Of a stretch of DNA of 64,000 bases, positions 13,351-26,210 are shown one piece after another. Positions within the stretch are counted from its first letter, which is position 1, and each line of letters opens with the position of its first letter. Under the pieces are notes generated by a model. That model was not told where the DNA came from. It worked only from the letters and a program-made list of their open reading frames with translations, and ran no database searches. The DNA is taken from assembly GCF_009914755.1 (NCBI RefSeq), contig NC_060934.1; one strand, written 5' to 3'. A program made the position numbers and the translations under genes. The DNA comes from the human T2T-CHM13v2.0 reference genome, Homo sapiens.

Positions 13351-15902
13351 ATTTGCAAAGAGGACCTAATATAATGAAATGCTTCCCATGAATTAATGAC
13401 ACTGAAAATGTGTTGGGAGCAGTAATGAAAATGATAAAGACAGATTTCCTGCACCTGAATCCAGAGCCCTGCAAAAGCCCTGCAAAGGGGCATTTAGGGG
13501 CTTTGCCCACTGTCTATCCTGACGGTTACCATGTTGGACAGTGATCCTCATGGCTCTTTCTCATGAATTTGTGCTGGTTTAATTCCAGGTGGATATTTAA
13601 TCGGTGAAAATTCATCAAGTAGTTGTAAGCACCTGCCTGCCAATGCAATTTTTGAGAACTTTGTTGCATATCTTAATAGGGCCACTGAGGACTTTGAATT
13701 CTTTAAGAAAAGCATAGTAAATCTTCAATCTGAAATGCAATGTTTCACAAAGCCATGTCTATTGAATGGATTTCTTCACAGCAATGTTCTTCTTCCAACT
13801 TTACCGTTAAGCAGACACAAACAAGAGTATATAATAGAATTAATAATACTTGGCTACTGGCTCATCCAGAACTTTCTCAACAATGAACTCATTTTTCCAG
13901 TGCTAGCATTTAGGAGCATTAACTCACCACATTGCTGACAGTCACAAACATTGAAGAACTTCTCAACTTGTTTATTTTGTGGGGTGGAAGGAAGAATGTT
14001 GGAGAAGAGACGATTAACTATTGTGCCTTTTTCTTTAGTGGATCTCAGTACCTCTTCCCATTACATCCTTTTTCATGTTATGCCGTTTGCATTGTGTCAA
14101 ATGAAGAAGTAGAAAAGAATTGTTGAGTTCAAGAGCAGCGAAGTTCAGTGCTGGGCAGATGCTTATGGTTTTTTCAGATGGAAAGCTTGTTTCTCTTTCA
14201 TCCTCCACCTCCTCCACCCTCATGGAATATATATATACAGTTAATAAGTATGTTCTCTTTTTGGTAAATACCTAAAAGTAATATGGGAAACAAAGTCAGG
14301 CAAAGGTGGAAGTCAATTCCAAGTAAGGCAGAGTGGTAAGCATCCTGCCTACAACTTAAGAGACAGAATTCTCATTAAAGAAAAACACCATCAAAAAGTA
14401 ATATGTGAGAGACGCAAGTAAAGCTACCCTAGGTAGCTTTAATTTAGGCATGAGCAAATTATATGGATAGTAGTTGCTATAGTAACTAGTAGACAATATG
14501 GTGTTTATGTTGCTATTGAGATATCTTGTACTTTACCAAAACAAGGGGAAAAAAAGACTTCCAGAAGCATACCAACAATACATGAAGGGAACCTTTCTCA
14601 TAAACATTTTACTTCTCCCATTTTAGTATTTCTTTATAATAGAATGAGTATCCACAATTAAGTACAGCTCGCAGGTTGGCTTGCTGTTGTTATTAATGTT
14701 TTTCCTAACTGAGATGTCCCTTTAAAAGCCTTGTCCCTGTGGCACAGCTGAGGGCACCCTGGCGGCCATCTTAGATGGTTTCCAGGAGAATTCTGGAATT
14801 CCACATAACATGCTGTGAGGTGTAGACCAACATGAGTCTGTTGAAGCCAGACCTAAAGACCAAGAATGCTAGAGGATTCAGGGCAGAACACATGCTGTGA
14901 GAGGTTATAATTTTATGCATTTATGATCTGTTTAGCAGTTAATAGAATTTTGAAACATGTTTGAAGTTCTTTCTGGAGATAGTTAAGATGTTTCAAAGGG
15001 GGCTTGTGCTGAAATGCAGTTGCCTCACATGTAAGCTGCAGTGGATGGGGAGGCAGTGGGGAACACAGGGGAGTGGGGAGGTGCTGTTTTGCTGCGGGTG
15101 CTTGGCTGGTGGACTCAGATAACTCAGGTTCCAATTTGGGTTTAGAGACCTGAGAGCTAAGTTGATTGCAATTCACCCAGGAGTTGCTCTGACTTTTCAG
15201 AGCACCAATTTCAAAGCTAGGTTGGGAAATCTGAGGGGGCTTCCAGTGCATTCAAATTCTTAAAGCAAAACCAATGTAAATTAATTTAATTTAAAAATGT
15301 GTGTCAAAATAAATTCTAAAAGGCAAACAAAAAATTGTATATCAATCAGGCTTTCTGGCATTTGAGATGGGAAAGGGGATTCTTAAGAAATGGAATGCAG
15401 AGGTAGGGTTCGCCATGCCTAAGTCATGGGAGTCACGGAAACAAAGACTGAACTCACTGAGATGACTTGCTTCTGCACACACTTTTCTTAGCACACATCC
15501 CTTTGTGGTTCTCTTTTTATAATGCGTCGTGAAATAGAGGAGCAAGCATCGCTTTGGAGCTAGAAAACCTGAGTTCTAGTCCCAATTCTGCCATTTCCTA
15601 GGATTGTGGCCTAAGGGAAGCAATCCATTAATATTTCCCATTTGGGACATGCCCCTAGTAATACCCTCTTGGTCAGCTGGGGCTGGATTAAGCTGAGCGC
15701 AGAACACTTGGGTGACATATCTGGGGAGCTCCACCTCTCCACAGCTGTTCTTTAATCCCTACTCCTGCTTTGGCTATTCCTGGCTGTGGGTGAGTCATTT
15801 GATTTCTCTGGCCTCAGCTTTCTCATCTGCAAAGCGGTATCATTGGCCCTGCCGGCCTCAGAGGCCCCTGCTGCTCCTCACATTCTGCGATCATATGGCA
15901 CG

Positions 15903-15951
15903 TGCTTTTCCAGGCTCCTCGATGCTTTCCCAGGCTCCTCGATGCTTTCCC
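15903..15951. repeat. 20-bp tandem repeat TGCTTTCCCAGGCTCCTCGA, ~2.4 copies
   Basis: Seen directly; one mismatch in the first copy. Confidence 0.9.
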
Positions 15952-16744
15952 TTATGGAATGTGTGCAGAGAACTCTTCACTCTTCATGGTTAAAATGCCT
16001 CTTCTTTTCCTGGATTTGAAGAGCTGCTCAAATGAAAAGTTGCTTTGAAATGAAGTCATGTCTATACTATAGACAAAGCGGAAGAAATCATCAATTTGAG
16101 CACTTTGCTTTTAGGCTGAAAATGTTCCCACTTTATAAATGAAAAGTTGGATTTTTTTTTTCCCGAGTTTGTGACCAATGCAAGGCCTCATGACCCTCAG
16201 TATTTTGATGGCCTCTATTGGCTATAGTTTATACTCCAAGAGGGTTCATGAGAAGGAGGGAGGCCCAAGGAAAAATGTTTAAAGGGTGAAGCCAGTGAAT
16301 CTTTACTCAATTACTGTTATAACAAACGCTGCATCACTGGAGAAACAGATGATGAGCCAAGAACATACAGTAGGTGGGAAGGAGGAGGAGGAGCTGGAGG
16401 GGGAGCAGAAGAGGCAGAGGGAGAGGGAGTGGGAGAAGGGTCGAATTGCTTGAAGAGCAGTATTTAGTCACCTGGTCCATAATTCCAATCCCTCTCCGAA
16501 GCCTCAGGACGTGAGATGCTTCAGCACCTCATCCAGGCAAAACTCATTAGACTGTGAAGTAAAGCGAGTAAGAATCAATTTTTTGTCTAGCCCCAGAAAT
16601 TATTTGGAATAATATGTCAAGATGGTTATCTTCTCTGTTGAAATTGGCTTGAAAAGATCAGAATTTCTTTAGATATCTATGAGATTTCCACGAACTGCCT
16701 GGCTCTCTACACATGAGCGTGACTACACAGGTGCCTGGAGAATG

Positions 16745-17060
16745 TATAGGCGGCCGCACACATTTATTTTTACAGAGGGTAATTAGTACAGTCTCTCCTC
16801 CCAGAAATGAGCCTTTTGTTTTATGTTTTCAGCAAGAACTTGTGAAATATTCTGAATTGTTTGCCTCTCCATTTTGCAATCTAAAACTCATTAACAGTTG
16901 AACAATTTAATCAGAATGAATCAAATTGTGAAATGGATACACGGGCAGTTCACATAGCCATAAAGCATGGCTGAAACTTTTCTGAACAGCTTAATAAAAC
17001 TTAGAAGGCAGCAGGAAATAAATGATTATCCTGGACAATATCAGGGTAAACAGAACCTGG
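16745..17060. promoter_or_regulatory. Candidate conserved non-coding element
   Basis: No recognisable repeat; GGTAATTAG, CATTAA, TTTAATC and GCCATAAA homeodomain-type motifs; isolated GCGGCCGC at 16750. Inferred. Confidence 0.35.
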
Positions 17061-17515
17061 AGCCATGAACCTGGTAATTGTTCTTCCTCACTCAGCACAT
17101 TTGCCAGGCCTTGGTCTTAATTCATAGGATGGACCAATGATTAGAGGGATTTAAGTTGCCAGTCTTTCTGTAAAAGATTTCTGTTTAATAATGGGCATGA
17201 TCTGGGAAGCCAAGTGAACGTCTGTACATTAACCCTGACTTTAATTCCAGGAGTGTTCTTTCATTACAAATAGACCCCAGGGAGGCTGAGGGGGGCAGGG
17301 CTCTGGCTCCTTGCTTTTAGGAAAGACTTCAATTTCAAGAGTGACCTTGTCATTGTACTTTAAAAATTTTATCTATCACAGAATTCTCTCTGCAGAGGCA
17401 GCTACGGCTGTTTTGTGGAAGTAGGTTCTTGTTTCATTTGGGTTGTACCCATATCAAATACTCTGAATTGTCTGGCAGAGTCAGCGTATTATGCATTTGG
17501 GTTCAAGGCCATCTG

Positions 17516-17623
17516 TAGGGTGACCAACTTGATCTGGGTTGTCCAGGGCTTTCCCTGTTTAGCACTGAAAGTCCTCCATCCTGGGAGCCCGCTGAATCTC
17601 AGGGAAATTGGGATGGTGGCCTG
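17516..17623. mobile_element. MER81 (hAT-Blackjack) element
   Basis: Starts TAGGGTGACCAAC and contains TTTAGCACTGAAAGTCC; ~110 bp, as in the MER81 consensus. Confidence 0.8.
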
Positions 17624-18149
17624 AGAAAAGTCCCATGCCAAGATATTTCCCGGCCTCAATGCCTGAAATCACTCTCCCTCCCAATGCCAGAATTTTGCTT
17701 ACAACTTATTAAGCAAATTTATATAATACCCATAATAATAATAATAATCCAGAACTATTATACATTTCTTTGTTCATAATTTTTATCCCATATTCTTCTG
17801 AGGATGAACTGAAGTATCTCTTTGGGATTCCAGTATATGCCTGGGTATTTGAGGTTTCCCCATCTCTATATTGTCAGTGAGATCTTAATTTTTAATTTCT
17901 TAATATTATAAATTCAGATTGCACCCCCATACCATGCCTGTTTTATTTTTGTAATTTCCACCAGCAGTCCACCATTCCTCTCCTGCACAGGCTTAGGTGG
18001 CCCCAGAACAAGACACTCCCACAGTCTTGTCACTTTGGTTTCTTTCTGATGATTAAGCTTTTGCCTCCACCGTTGTTCAGACATGGGCTTTTCATGGGTT
18101 TTTTTCAGATAGACATGGACTTTTACACAACCATTCTTACTCTTTTGAC

Positions 18150-18330
18150 TGGTCAGTGAGATGAATCCTGACTCCACCACCTCCTAACTGTGTCTCAGAG
18201 GGTAAATGCTGCCTCGTGTTAGGCCTCACTTTTCTCACCTGTGAAGTGGAGATGGTAAGACTGATGCTGTAGGGTTGCCATATGGATGGCAAATAGACAG
18301 GTACAACCCATAAGGGTTAAGTGCTTTGGT
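18150..18330 (+). mobile_element. MIR fragment
   Basis: GAATCCTGACTCCACCACCTCCTAACTGTGT...GCCTCACTTTTCTCACCTGTGAAGTGGAGAT. Confidence 0.7.
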
Positions 18331-19499
18331 GCTCGAGAGCATGCCTGCTGACACTGACCTGGCCAAGTCGGCCTGGGTGCTGTGAGTGGTGTGGGTTGGC
18401 AGGTGCCCATCAGCTACTGATCTGAACATGCTGATTCTAGTGTAAGCACAGACTCTTTCCATGATTTCCATGGGAAACTCATGGCCCACGGCCAGAGAAA
18501 GGGTCAACTCACTTCTTCATGAATGATTGCTGGGCTTGCAGAATGTTTCAAATTCAAAGTCAGGTTGATTGTTGTATAAAAGTTTGTATATGGAATAATT
18601 TCTTAGTTCCCTTGCTTGAGATTTTGGTCTACATGGGTTTACTTCTGAAAATTTTTTCTAATTAATCTCTACATTGAATTAAAGTGATATATGTTATTTC
18701 TGTTTGTTTAGTGGCTATTCTTAACATTTTAATGTGCATACTTATATTAACAAATGAAGTTTCTTTATCCTTCTTCTAAATAATGGGAGGTCATTAGAAC
18801 ATTAGCTATCAACCAGCAGTAACAATTAACATTTGGTAATGTTATTTCATCTACCCCTCTCATTACTACAATTATTTCTGTTGCTGTTATTATTATGGGA
18901 TATTTTACAGCAAATCTCAGAGATCATGTCATTTCACCTAGAAATACTTGGCTAACAAGAACTTTTTCCCTGTTAATATAATCACTATACCATTATCACA
19001 GTAAACAAAATTAATAATAATATTTTAATATGATCTCCTGTCCCCTGCATATTTAAATTTTCCTAGTTGTCTCAAAATTTCTTTTTACAGATGTTCTGTT
19101 TGAATAAATAACAAATAAGTTTCACATATCACATTTGATATTTTCTTAACTAAAGTCCACCCTTCCCCCATTGTTTTAATTAAATTAATTAATTTTTTTT
19201 TTTAGTCATTTGTACTTTGAAGAAAATGTAAAATGCCCAGTGGTCCACATTTTGCCAGTTGCTTCTATTTGGTGTCCTACAGCTTATTCTTCTATTTTCT
19301 AAGGTACTGTGAACCAGCATTTAAATTCAGTAATTATTTTAAATTCAGGACTTTCTGGGTTATAACACTTTGGAGATATTGCCATTTACTGAATGCATCA
19401 CAGTGAGAAGCACAGAAATGTCTGCTGTCCTACTTTATTCATTGATCAACACTCAGGTGGTATCAGCTGAATCTCTCATTTAGGAAGTCAAAACTTTCG

Positions 19500-20370
19500 T
19501 TTAATACTTGTTTACTGTAAAATACACAGAAAACATACATTACACAAAACTTACCATTTTAACGATTTTTAAGTGGTTTTAAGCATACTCACAATGTTGC
19601 AAGCATCACTACCATCCAGCTCCAGAACTTTTTCATCATTCCTGCTGTGGTTTCGATGTGTCCCCTTCAAGACTCAGGCTCTACCTTAATACTGCCAATG
19701 TGACAGTATTAAGAGGGGGAGCCTTTAAGAGGTGATTAGGTCATTAGGGCTCCCCCTTCCTGAGGGGCACTTAGGCCCGCATAAAACACGTCTCACTGTG
19801 AGCTTCCTTGCCCTTCTGCCTTCCGCCGTATGAGGGCACAGCGTCCCTGCCCTCTGGAGGATGTGGCAACAGGGGGCCATCTTGGAAGCAGAGAGCAGCC
19901 CTCACCAGACAACCAAACCTGCTGGTGCCTTGATCTTGGTTTCCCAGTCTCTAGAACTGTGAGAGAATAAATTTCTGTTCTTCATAAATTACCCACTCTC
20001 AAGTATTTTGCTATAGCATAATGGACTAAGGCAATCCCCAACTGAAACTCTGTACCCATTAAACAACTCATTATTCCCTCCTCCCCCCAGCCCCTGACAA
20101 CCACTGTTCTCTCTCTACAAATTTGATGACTCCAGATACCTCATATGAGTGGAATCATACAGCATTTGTCCTTTTTCTTTTGGTTTATTTCACTTAGCAT
20201 AATGTCTGTAAGGCTTATCCATGTTGTCGCATATGAAGAATTTCCTCATTTTTTAAAGCTGAATCACATTCCATTATATGTATGTACCACATTTTATCCA
20301 TTGATGGGCACTTGGCTTGCTTCTACCATTTGGCTATTGTGATTACTGCTGCTATCAACATGGGTGTACT
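19500..20370 (-). mobile_element. L1MB-like 3' end, split by an MST LTR
   Basis: ACTTACCATTTTAACGATTTTTAAGTG...CCAGAACTTTTTCATC|...ACTGAAACTCTGTACCCATTAAACA...CCTCATATGAGTGGAATCATACAG...ATTTCACTTAGCATAATGT. Confidence 0.8.
19643..20033 (+). mobile_element. Solo MST-family (MSTC/D-like) ERVL-MaLR LTR
   Basis: TG...CA ends; 391 bp; GCCATCTTGGAAGCAGAGAGCAGCCCTCACCAGAC; AATAAA; near-perfect 5-bp TSD ATTCC/ATCCC. Confidence 0.85.
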
Positions 20371-21408
20371 CACTTACTGCTTTTGTCATTCACTTATGAT
20401 ATTTGTTTAGATCCATTAGTTCATTATGGGTTACAAAATGGTGATTTTCTAATATTTTCTCTTTACCAGTTTTCAGGATAATGAAGTGATAGATCAGTAT
20501 TCCACAAAGGTGACCCATTTTTTTTTTAAACCAACTTTTTTTTTTCTTTAAATAGCTCTTCGGGTTGGCTTCTGTATCCTTTGACACAATTCCAGGAGCC
20601 TTTTATCACTACTTTGTTTCCTGGCAGAAAAAGATGTACCAAGCTAATATTGTGCATTTTCTACCCATCCCTCAAATCCATCACTTCCCCAATAAGACCT
20701 GGTTGCTTTGGGATGGTATTTAGAGACTATATCTGGGCACTTGGTGTGCTCATTACTAGGGGATTGTCATTGTTTCTAGGTTTTTCAGTAAACAGAGCTA
20801 AAATATGTATTTTTTAAAAGATAAATTATGAAGTCATACTGTTATTTTAAATTCAAATTTAGAGTCACAGTGTTTCTACTTCTTTGATTCTATACTGTAT
20901 CTCTTTTATGATGAAAATCTTCTTTTAGATTAACATAATTATTTATTTTATTCTAGACTGTATTACTAGTGGCTTCAAAATAACCTTCACAATATTTATG
21001 GGATAAATAAGCTATTGAAAACAGTTTAAGACTTCTTTTCAGTTCTTTTTGTCCCCAAATTATACCTCTTAGGGATACACAGTCAGAACACAGTACTTTA
21101 AAGTCAATTAAATTGCTTTGTGTGTCTACACCACCAATCTGATAGGTAGTTAGGTTCATTTGTTTCAGTGTTTTTTCAATTTTTAGGATTTCTTAAAAAG
21201 ATTTTGTTAAGCATGAAAACATTGCTAATAATTCTAAACTGAAAAATAAAACCAAAAACCTCAAACCATATAATAGGGTCCATCTACAGAAATCTTGCTT
21301 CCATCTTTTTTTTTCTTTCTATTTCATTTCTTACTTCCTTCTATTTGTAATCATTTTCATTAGTTTTTGGTTTACCCTCCCATTATTTCTTTTTGGAAAT
21401 ATAAGCAA

Positions 21409-21445
21409 GCGCGCGCATGCATACACACACACACACACACACACA
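21409..21445. repeat. (CG)n-(CA)n alternating purine-pyrimidine tract
   Basis: GCGCGCGCATGCATACACACA... seen directly; Z-DNA-prone by composition. Confidence 0.85.
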
Positions 21446-21529
21446 GTCTTTTCTTAGTCAAAAGATAGCATACTTTTTAGTGTGCATGATACTGCATTGT
21501 GATATCACTCTAAGTGTTGGGCATTTGAC

Positions 21530-21780
21530 TCATTTGTATCATTTAGCTATTATAATAAATGCCGAAATCAATAGTCTTGTGCTTACATGGCTTTGCATTT
21601 TTTTCTTGTGTATCTTTGGGATAGATTCTGAGAAATGGGATTGCTGGATAAATGGTAACTGCAGAGCGAATTTGTTAGATAGCGCCAGTCCCCCTTCACA
21701 GGGATTGTCTCATTTCACACCCCCCACCGCATCAATGTTTGAGCTGCCTGTTTATCCACAGCATTATCAACAGAGTGTAG
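21530..21780 (-). mobile_element. Old L1M fragment
   Basis: TATCTTTGGGATAGATTCTGAGAAATGGGATTGCTGGATAAATGG is typical antisense L1 ORF2/3' sequence. Confidence 0.6.
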
Positions 21781-22040
21781 TGTGGCACTGCCTTAGCTAC
21801 TGGAACAGTTACAATATTGTTTTCTTTTAAGATTCCCATACCATGTGGATAGTACAGATTTGAACACCTCACTTACGCTTGCTTGGGATTTGGATTTCTC
21901 AGAGGATGGAGGAAATTTCCCCACCACCCAGAGTCTCATCAAATAGCATTATTTTCATTGTTTCTTCCTAAGGTGGGAATTTTCTAGTCCCATTTTGATG
22001 GACAGGCAGCCTTATTAGGGCTCCTCTATTGTGTTGTGTC

Positions 22041-22331
<291 letters not shown>

Positions 22332-23169
22332 ATATTATGCTGTGTTTTAGTCCAGGATTCCTTTTCAGTGCGGGCCAAGGCCCAGACTCCTGCCCTCATC
22401 CGGGTATTCTGCCCTCAGCCCTGAGCTGTGGAGCTTATGTCTGGATCCAATACCCTCTCGGGCCCCAAGCTGTCTGCTCTGTGTTTGCCATTCTGGTTTT
22501 AAGTGACCTCTTCAGCACCTGGAGATTTCCTTTTCTTTCTTTAGAGTGTATCTGTGTATTACATTTTTTGGGAGGCTGCATTTTACCCAGCATTTCTAAG
22601 TATAATGAGTGGGAGAGAGTTCTTCAGAATCTTCTTGTCTTCTTATTGCTGGAAGAAATGTGATCCAGTTTTACAAAAATTATACCAACAGGGGGAAGTA
22701 AAATGGGAATTGACAGTGATTATTTGGTGTGCAAAAGTTTCCTTTAAGGAAGGACTTCTAGAGTGTCCAAACAAAATTTTTACCTTTAACCAAAATTGAG
22801 CCTATAAATATTGCACAGAATGGGGTGTGATTGTTTTGTGAAGGGGCTGTCTCGGACCTGGTAGTGAGGAGTCTGGGCCATGGGCTCACAAATTTCTGCA
22901 TTGCAGCCTGAGGAGAGCAAAGTCAATCACTAAATTATCCTTTTGGCCTTATTCCAAAGTTCAAACTCCAAACACACCACAAAACATATTGTACAAGATA
23001 GTCCTCTGGGAGGACTAGATCATGAAAAGAAAAGAAACCAGGATTATCCCTAAAATGGGATAATTAGGAAAAAAATCCTTTAGTCAATACTGCTTAATTT
23101 CCTTTAAAATTCCTAGTTGCCTTATTAACAATATAATCAGTGCCTTCTGATAATTTCTAACACGACCTA

Positions 23170-23341
<172 letters not shown>

Positions 23342-24671
23342 AAAAGTCTACAGATTTGCTTAGCTTTTCCACTTCGATTTGACTCTCTGCTGGGATTGGA
23401 CATTTTCCCTTTCTTTGCTGTTGTGGTTAAGTTTGTGTGGTTTTCTCGGTTTTATCTTCTAAAACCCCAGCTATTCTAAGTGTTGGACTCTGTTGGCTGT
23501 GGTTTTGTGCCAGAAATCACTTTAGACTGGAATCAGCTCAAATAGTAGAGAATGGAATACAATGTTGAGGTTTGCTATGGTATGAGATTAGCTCAGCTGA
23601 GACAGTGAGAATGGCAGCTCACTGATGATTCATTTTATAAATAGGGAACAAATTTTGGTGTTATTTGCTGCTTCATCCCCCTCAACTACCAGCTTGTACC
23701 CTTTTTAGGTGTGGAACTTTTAAACCTGGCTTTAGAAGAAGGGTTTTTGAAAATCACCTCTAGCCTGGACAATTCCTAATTGGTCTTCCCTCCTCTGATT
23801 TCTCCCATTTTTACAACATCCTAAATGAACAGGCCAAAAGGAAAACTCTACCTTTTCTAAACAAAGACCTGTATGTTACATTACTTTCCTGCATAAAACC
23901 CTTTGGTGAGTCCCCTAAAGAGTCAAGTCGAATCGCCTAACCTGGCATTCAAGGCCTCTGAATGGGGCCTGACCACTGTCTCCTCTTCCATCTCCCACTC
24001 CCCAACCCTAGCTGGCAGCCCACATTCTTTCATTCCTCCCAGCCTTGGTCTATGGCTCTTCTCTGTGACAACCTTCCCATCAGAGGGCATGCAATTAAGC
24101 CTTGACATGTGAGACCACACGGGGACTAAGAACAGCTGTGCCAGGACTCTTGGTTTACTGGTTTTGAGCTTTGCTCTGTGATGACTCTGTGACTTTATAT
24201 CCCATTTGTACAGACTTGCTTAGTTTTTCCAGCTTGACTTGACCCTCTGCTGGGATTGGACCTTTCTTCCCTTTGCTGTTACGGTTAAGTTTATGTGTTA
24301 ACTTGACTGAATATGGGGTTCCCAGATACTTGGCTAAACATTGTTTCTGGGTGAGATCTGCATTTGCACTGGAGGACTCGGTAAAGGAGATGACCCTCCT
24401 CAATGTGGGTGGGCATCCTCCAATCCATTGAGGGCCTGAATAAACAAAAGGTGAAGGGATAATTTGTCCTTTCTTCCTGTTTGAGTGGAGGCCTTGGTCT
24501 TTCACCTTCAGAATAGGATTTACACCATCAACTCCTCTGGTTCTCAGGCCTTTGGTCATGGACTGAACTACATTACTGGCTTATCTGGGTCTCCAACTTG
24601 CAGATGGTAGGTTGTGGGACAGTCTCTAGGAGCCAATCTTCATAATAAATCCCTTTCTACATAGCTCTATA

Positions 24672-25140
24672 CAGTTGGCTTTGTGTATGCGTGGGTTCCA
24701 CATTCATGGATTCAACCAACTATCCAACTGAAAATACATTTGTGGGATGGGGAACCCGAGGATAGGGAGAATAGGAGGGCGGTTTCTTCCACGCTGTTCT
24801 TGGGATAGTAAGGGAGTTCTCTCGAGATCCGATGGTTTAAAAGTGTCAATTTCCCTGCATGCACTCTCTCTCCTGCCACCCAGTGAAGAAGGTTCTTGCT
24901 TCCCCTTTGCCTTCTGCCATGATTGAGTGTCCTGAAGCCTCCCCAGCTATGTGGAACTGTGAGTCAATTAAACCTCTTTATCCTTCTTCTATATATATAT
25001 ACATAAATTACCCAGTGTCAGGTAGTATCTTTATAGCAGTGTGAAAAGGAACTAATACACTATGGGACTTGAGCATCTGTAGATTTTGGAGTCTGAGGGA
25101 AGTCCTGAAACCAATCCTTGAGGATACTGAGGGACAACTG
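24672..25140. mobile_element. MER2-family (TcMar-Tigger, MER2B-like) element, interrupted by a MaLR LTR fragment
   Basis: TA|CAGTTGGC...ATGGATTCAACCAAC ... GGGACTTGAGCATCTGTAGATTTTGG...GATACTGAGGGACAACTG|TA, with TA target duplication and CAGTTG/CAACTG termini. Confidence 0.85.
24770..25059 (+). mobile_element. THE1D/MSTA-type MaLR LTR, 5'-deleted
   Basis: GCCTCCCCAGCTATGTGGAACTGTGAGTCAATTAAACCTCTT...ATAAATTACCCAGT...TTTATAGCAGTGTGAAAAGGAACTAATACA. Confidence 0.85.
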
Positions 25141-25887
25141 TACATCCTGCTGGTTCTGTTTCTCTGGATAATCCCGACTAATACATTTCCTAGAAAATTC
25201 CTGCCTGCCTTTTGCTGCTCTGGCTCCCAGAGCACGTCCTCCAATTCGCTTATCTCCAAGCATTTGCCACATGGAATTGTGAACATTCTCCAATTTCTGC
25301 CTGGCATACATTTCAAAGGAGGCATTCTGCCTGATAAGAGCAAATTGATTGGTGACAAGAACCAATGAAACAATAAATTCAGACAGGATGTTTTCAGTTA
25401 GGTACCATTTCGTCTGGAAGAAGTTGGACCAGAGGATCTCTAGGGCCCCCTCTAGCTGTGTGATGGAAGGAAGCAGATTTTACCCTATCAGCCAGTTTAT
25501 TATGCGCACTCTGCTACAAAAGTTAGGCTAGTCTCCTAGACTAAAAGTATCAGAGGGCCAGAGATGAACCTCTCAGTATTCCACAAGGGGCATCGTTCCT
25601 GTTAGAGAAGATACTTGATGAATAAATCGATGAGAATATGTGAAGGAACAAAGGAAGATTCATTGCCATGATAAAAAAAAATTCTATGGAAATTTCTGGA
25701 AAGGATTAAAGGACCTGTATGAACATGATGGGCAATGCAAGATTATTTCATTGTTAGGAAAGAGGTTGAGCTGAGCCATGTGTGCAGAAGAGACAACTGT
25801 AGGCTGAGTGAAAAGAGAAATGGAGTTAAGGGGTCTGGGATCTGCTACATTGTGACCTTAGGTCATCTGTGTCAAACTGTATAGCTG

Positions 25888-26210
25888 ACCATCTGTCTGC
25901 CCATCCATCTACCCAAACATTTATCTATCTGCCCAATCATCCATCTATCCTTCTATCAATAAATCTGTCCATCCATCCATCCAAACAGCTATCCATCTGT
26001 CTGTTCATCCATCTATCCACCTATCTGCTCATCTGCCTCTCCACGCATCCATTCCATCCAAACACCTGTTCATCTATCCATCCTTACCAAACACCCACAG
26101 TATACTAGGGGTTAGAAATCCAAATATGACAAAGACACAGTCCCTACCTCCATGGAACTCAGTGTGTCAAGGGAAGATTTTCATACAAACAATTACTGTG
26201 TAATAAGAAA
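25888..26210 (-). mobile_element. Degenerate (CCAT/CTAT)n tract followed by an L2 3' fragment
   Basis: CATCCATC repeats at 25888-26085, then ACAAAGACACAGTCCCTACCTCCATGGAACTCA, typical of antisense L2. Confidence 0.65.

Larger units (their letters stand above)
18830..21330 (-). mobile_element. Old L1 3' region (L1MC4/5-like), interrupted by younger insertions at 19500-20370
   Basis: AAATCTCAGAGATCATGTCATTTCACC...ATACCATTATCACA...AAAATTAATAATAAT and GGTATTTAGAGAC...CTGGGCACTTGGTGTGCTCATT resemble L1MC4/5 3' UTR. Boundaries approximate. Confidence 0.55.
24277..25185 (+). mobile_element. MLT2 (ERVL) solo LTR, interrupted by MER2
   Basis: Starts TGTTACGGTTAAGTTTATGTGTTAACTTGACTG and ends GGTTCTGTTTCTCTGGATAATCCCGACTAATACA; TSD TTTGC/TTTCC. 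Confidence 0.85.
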
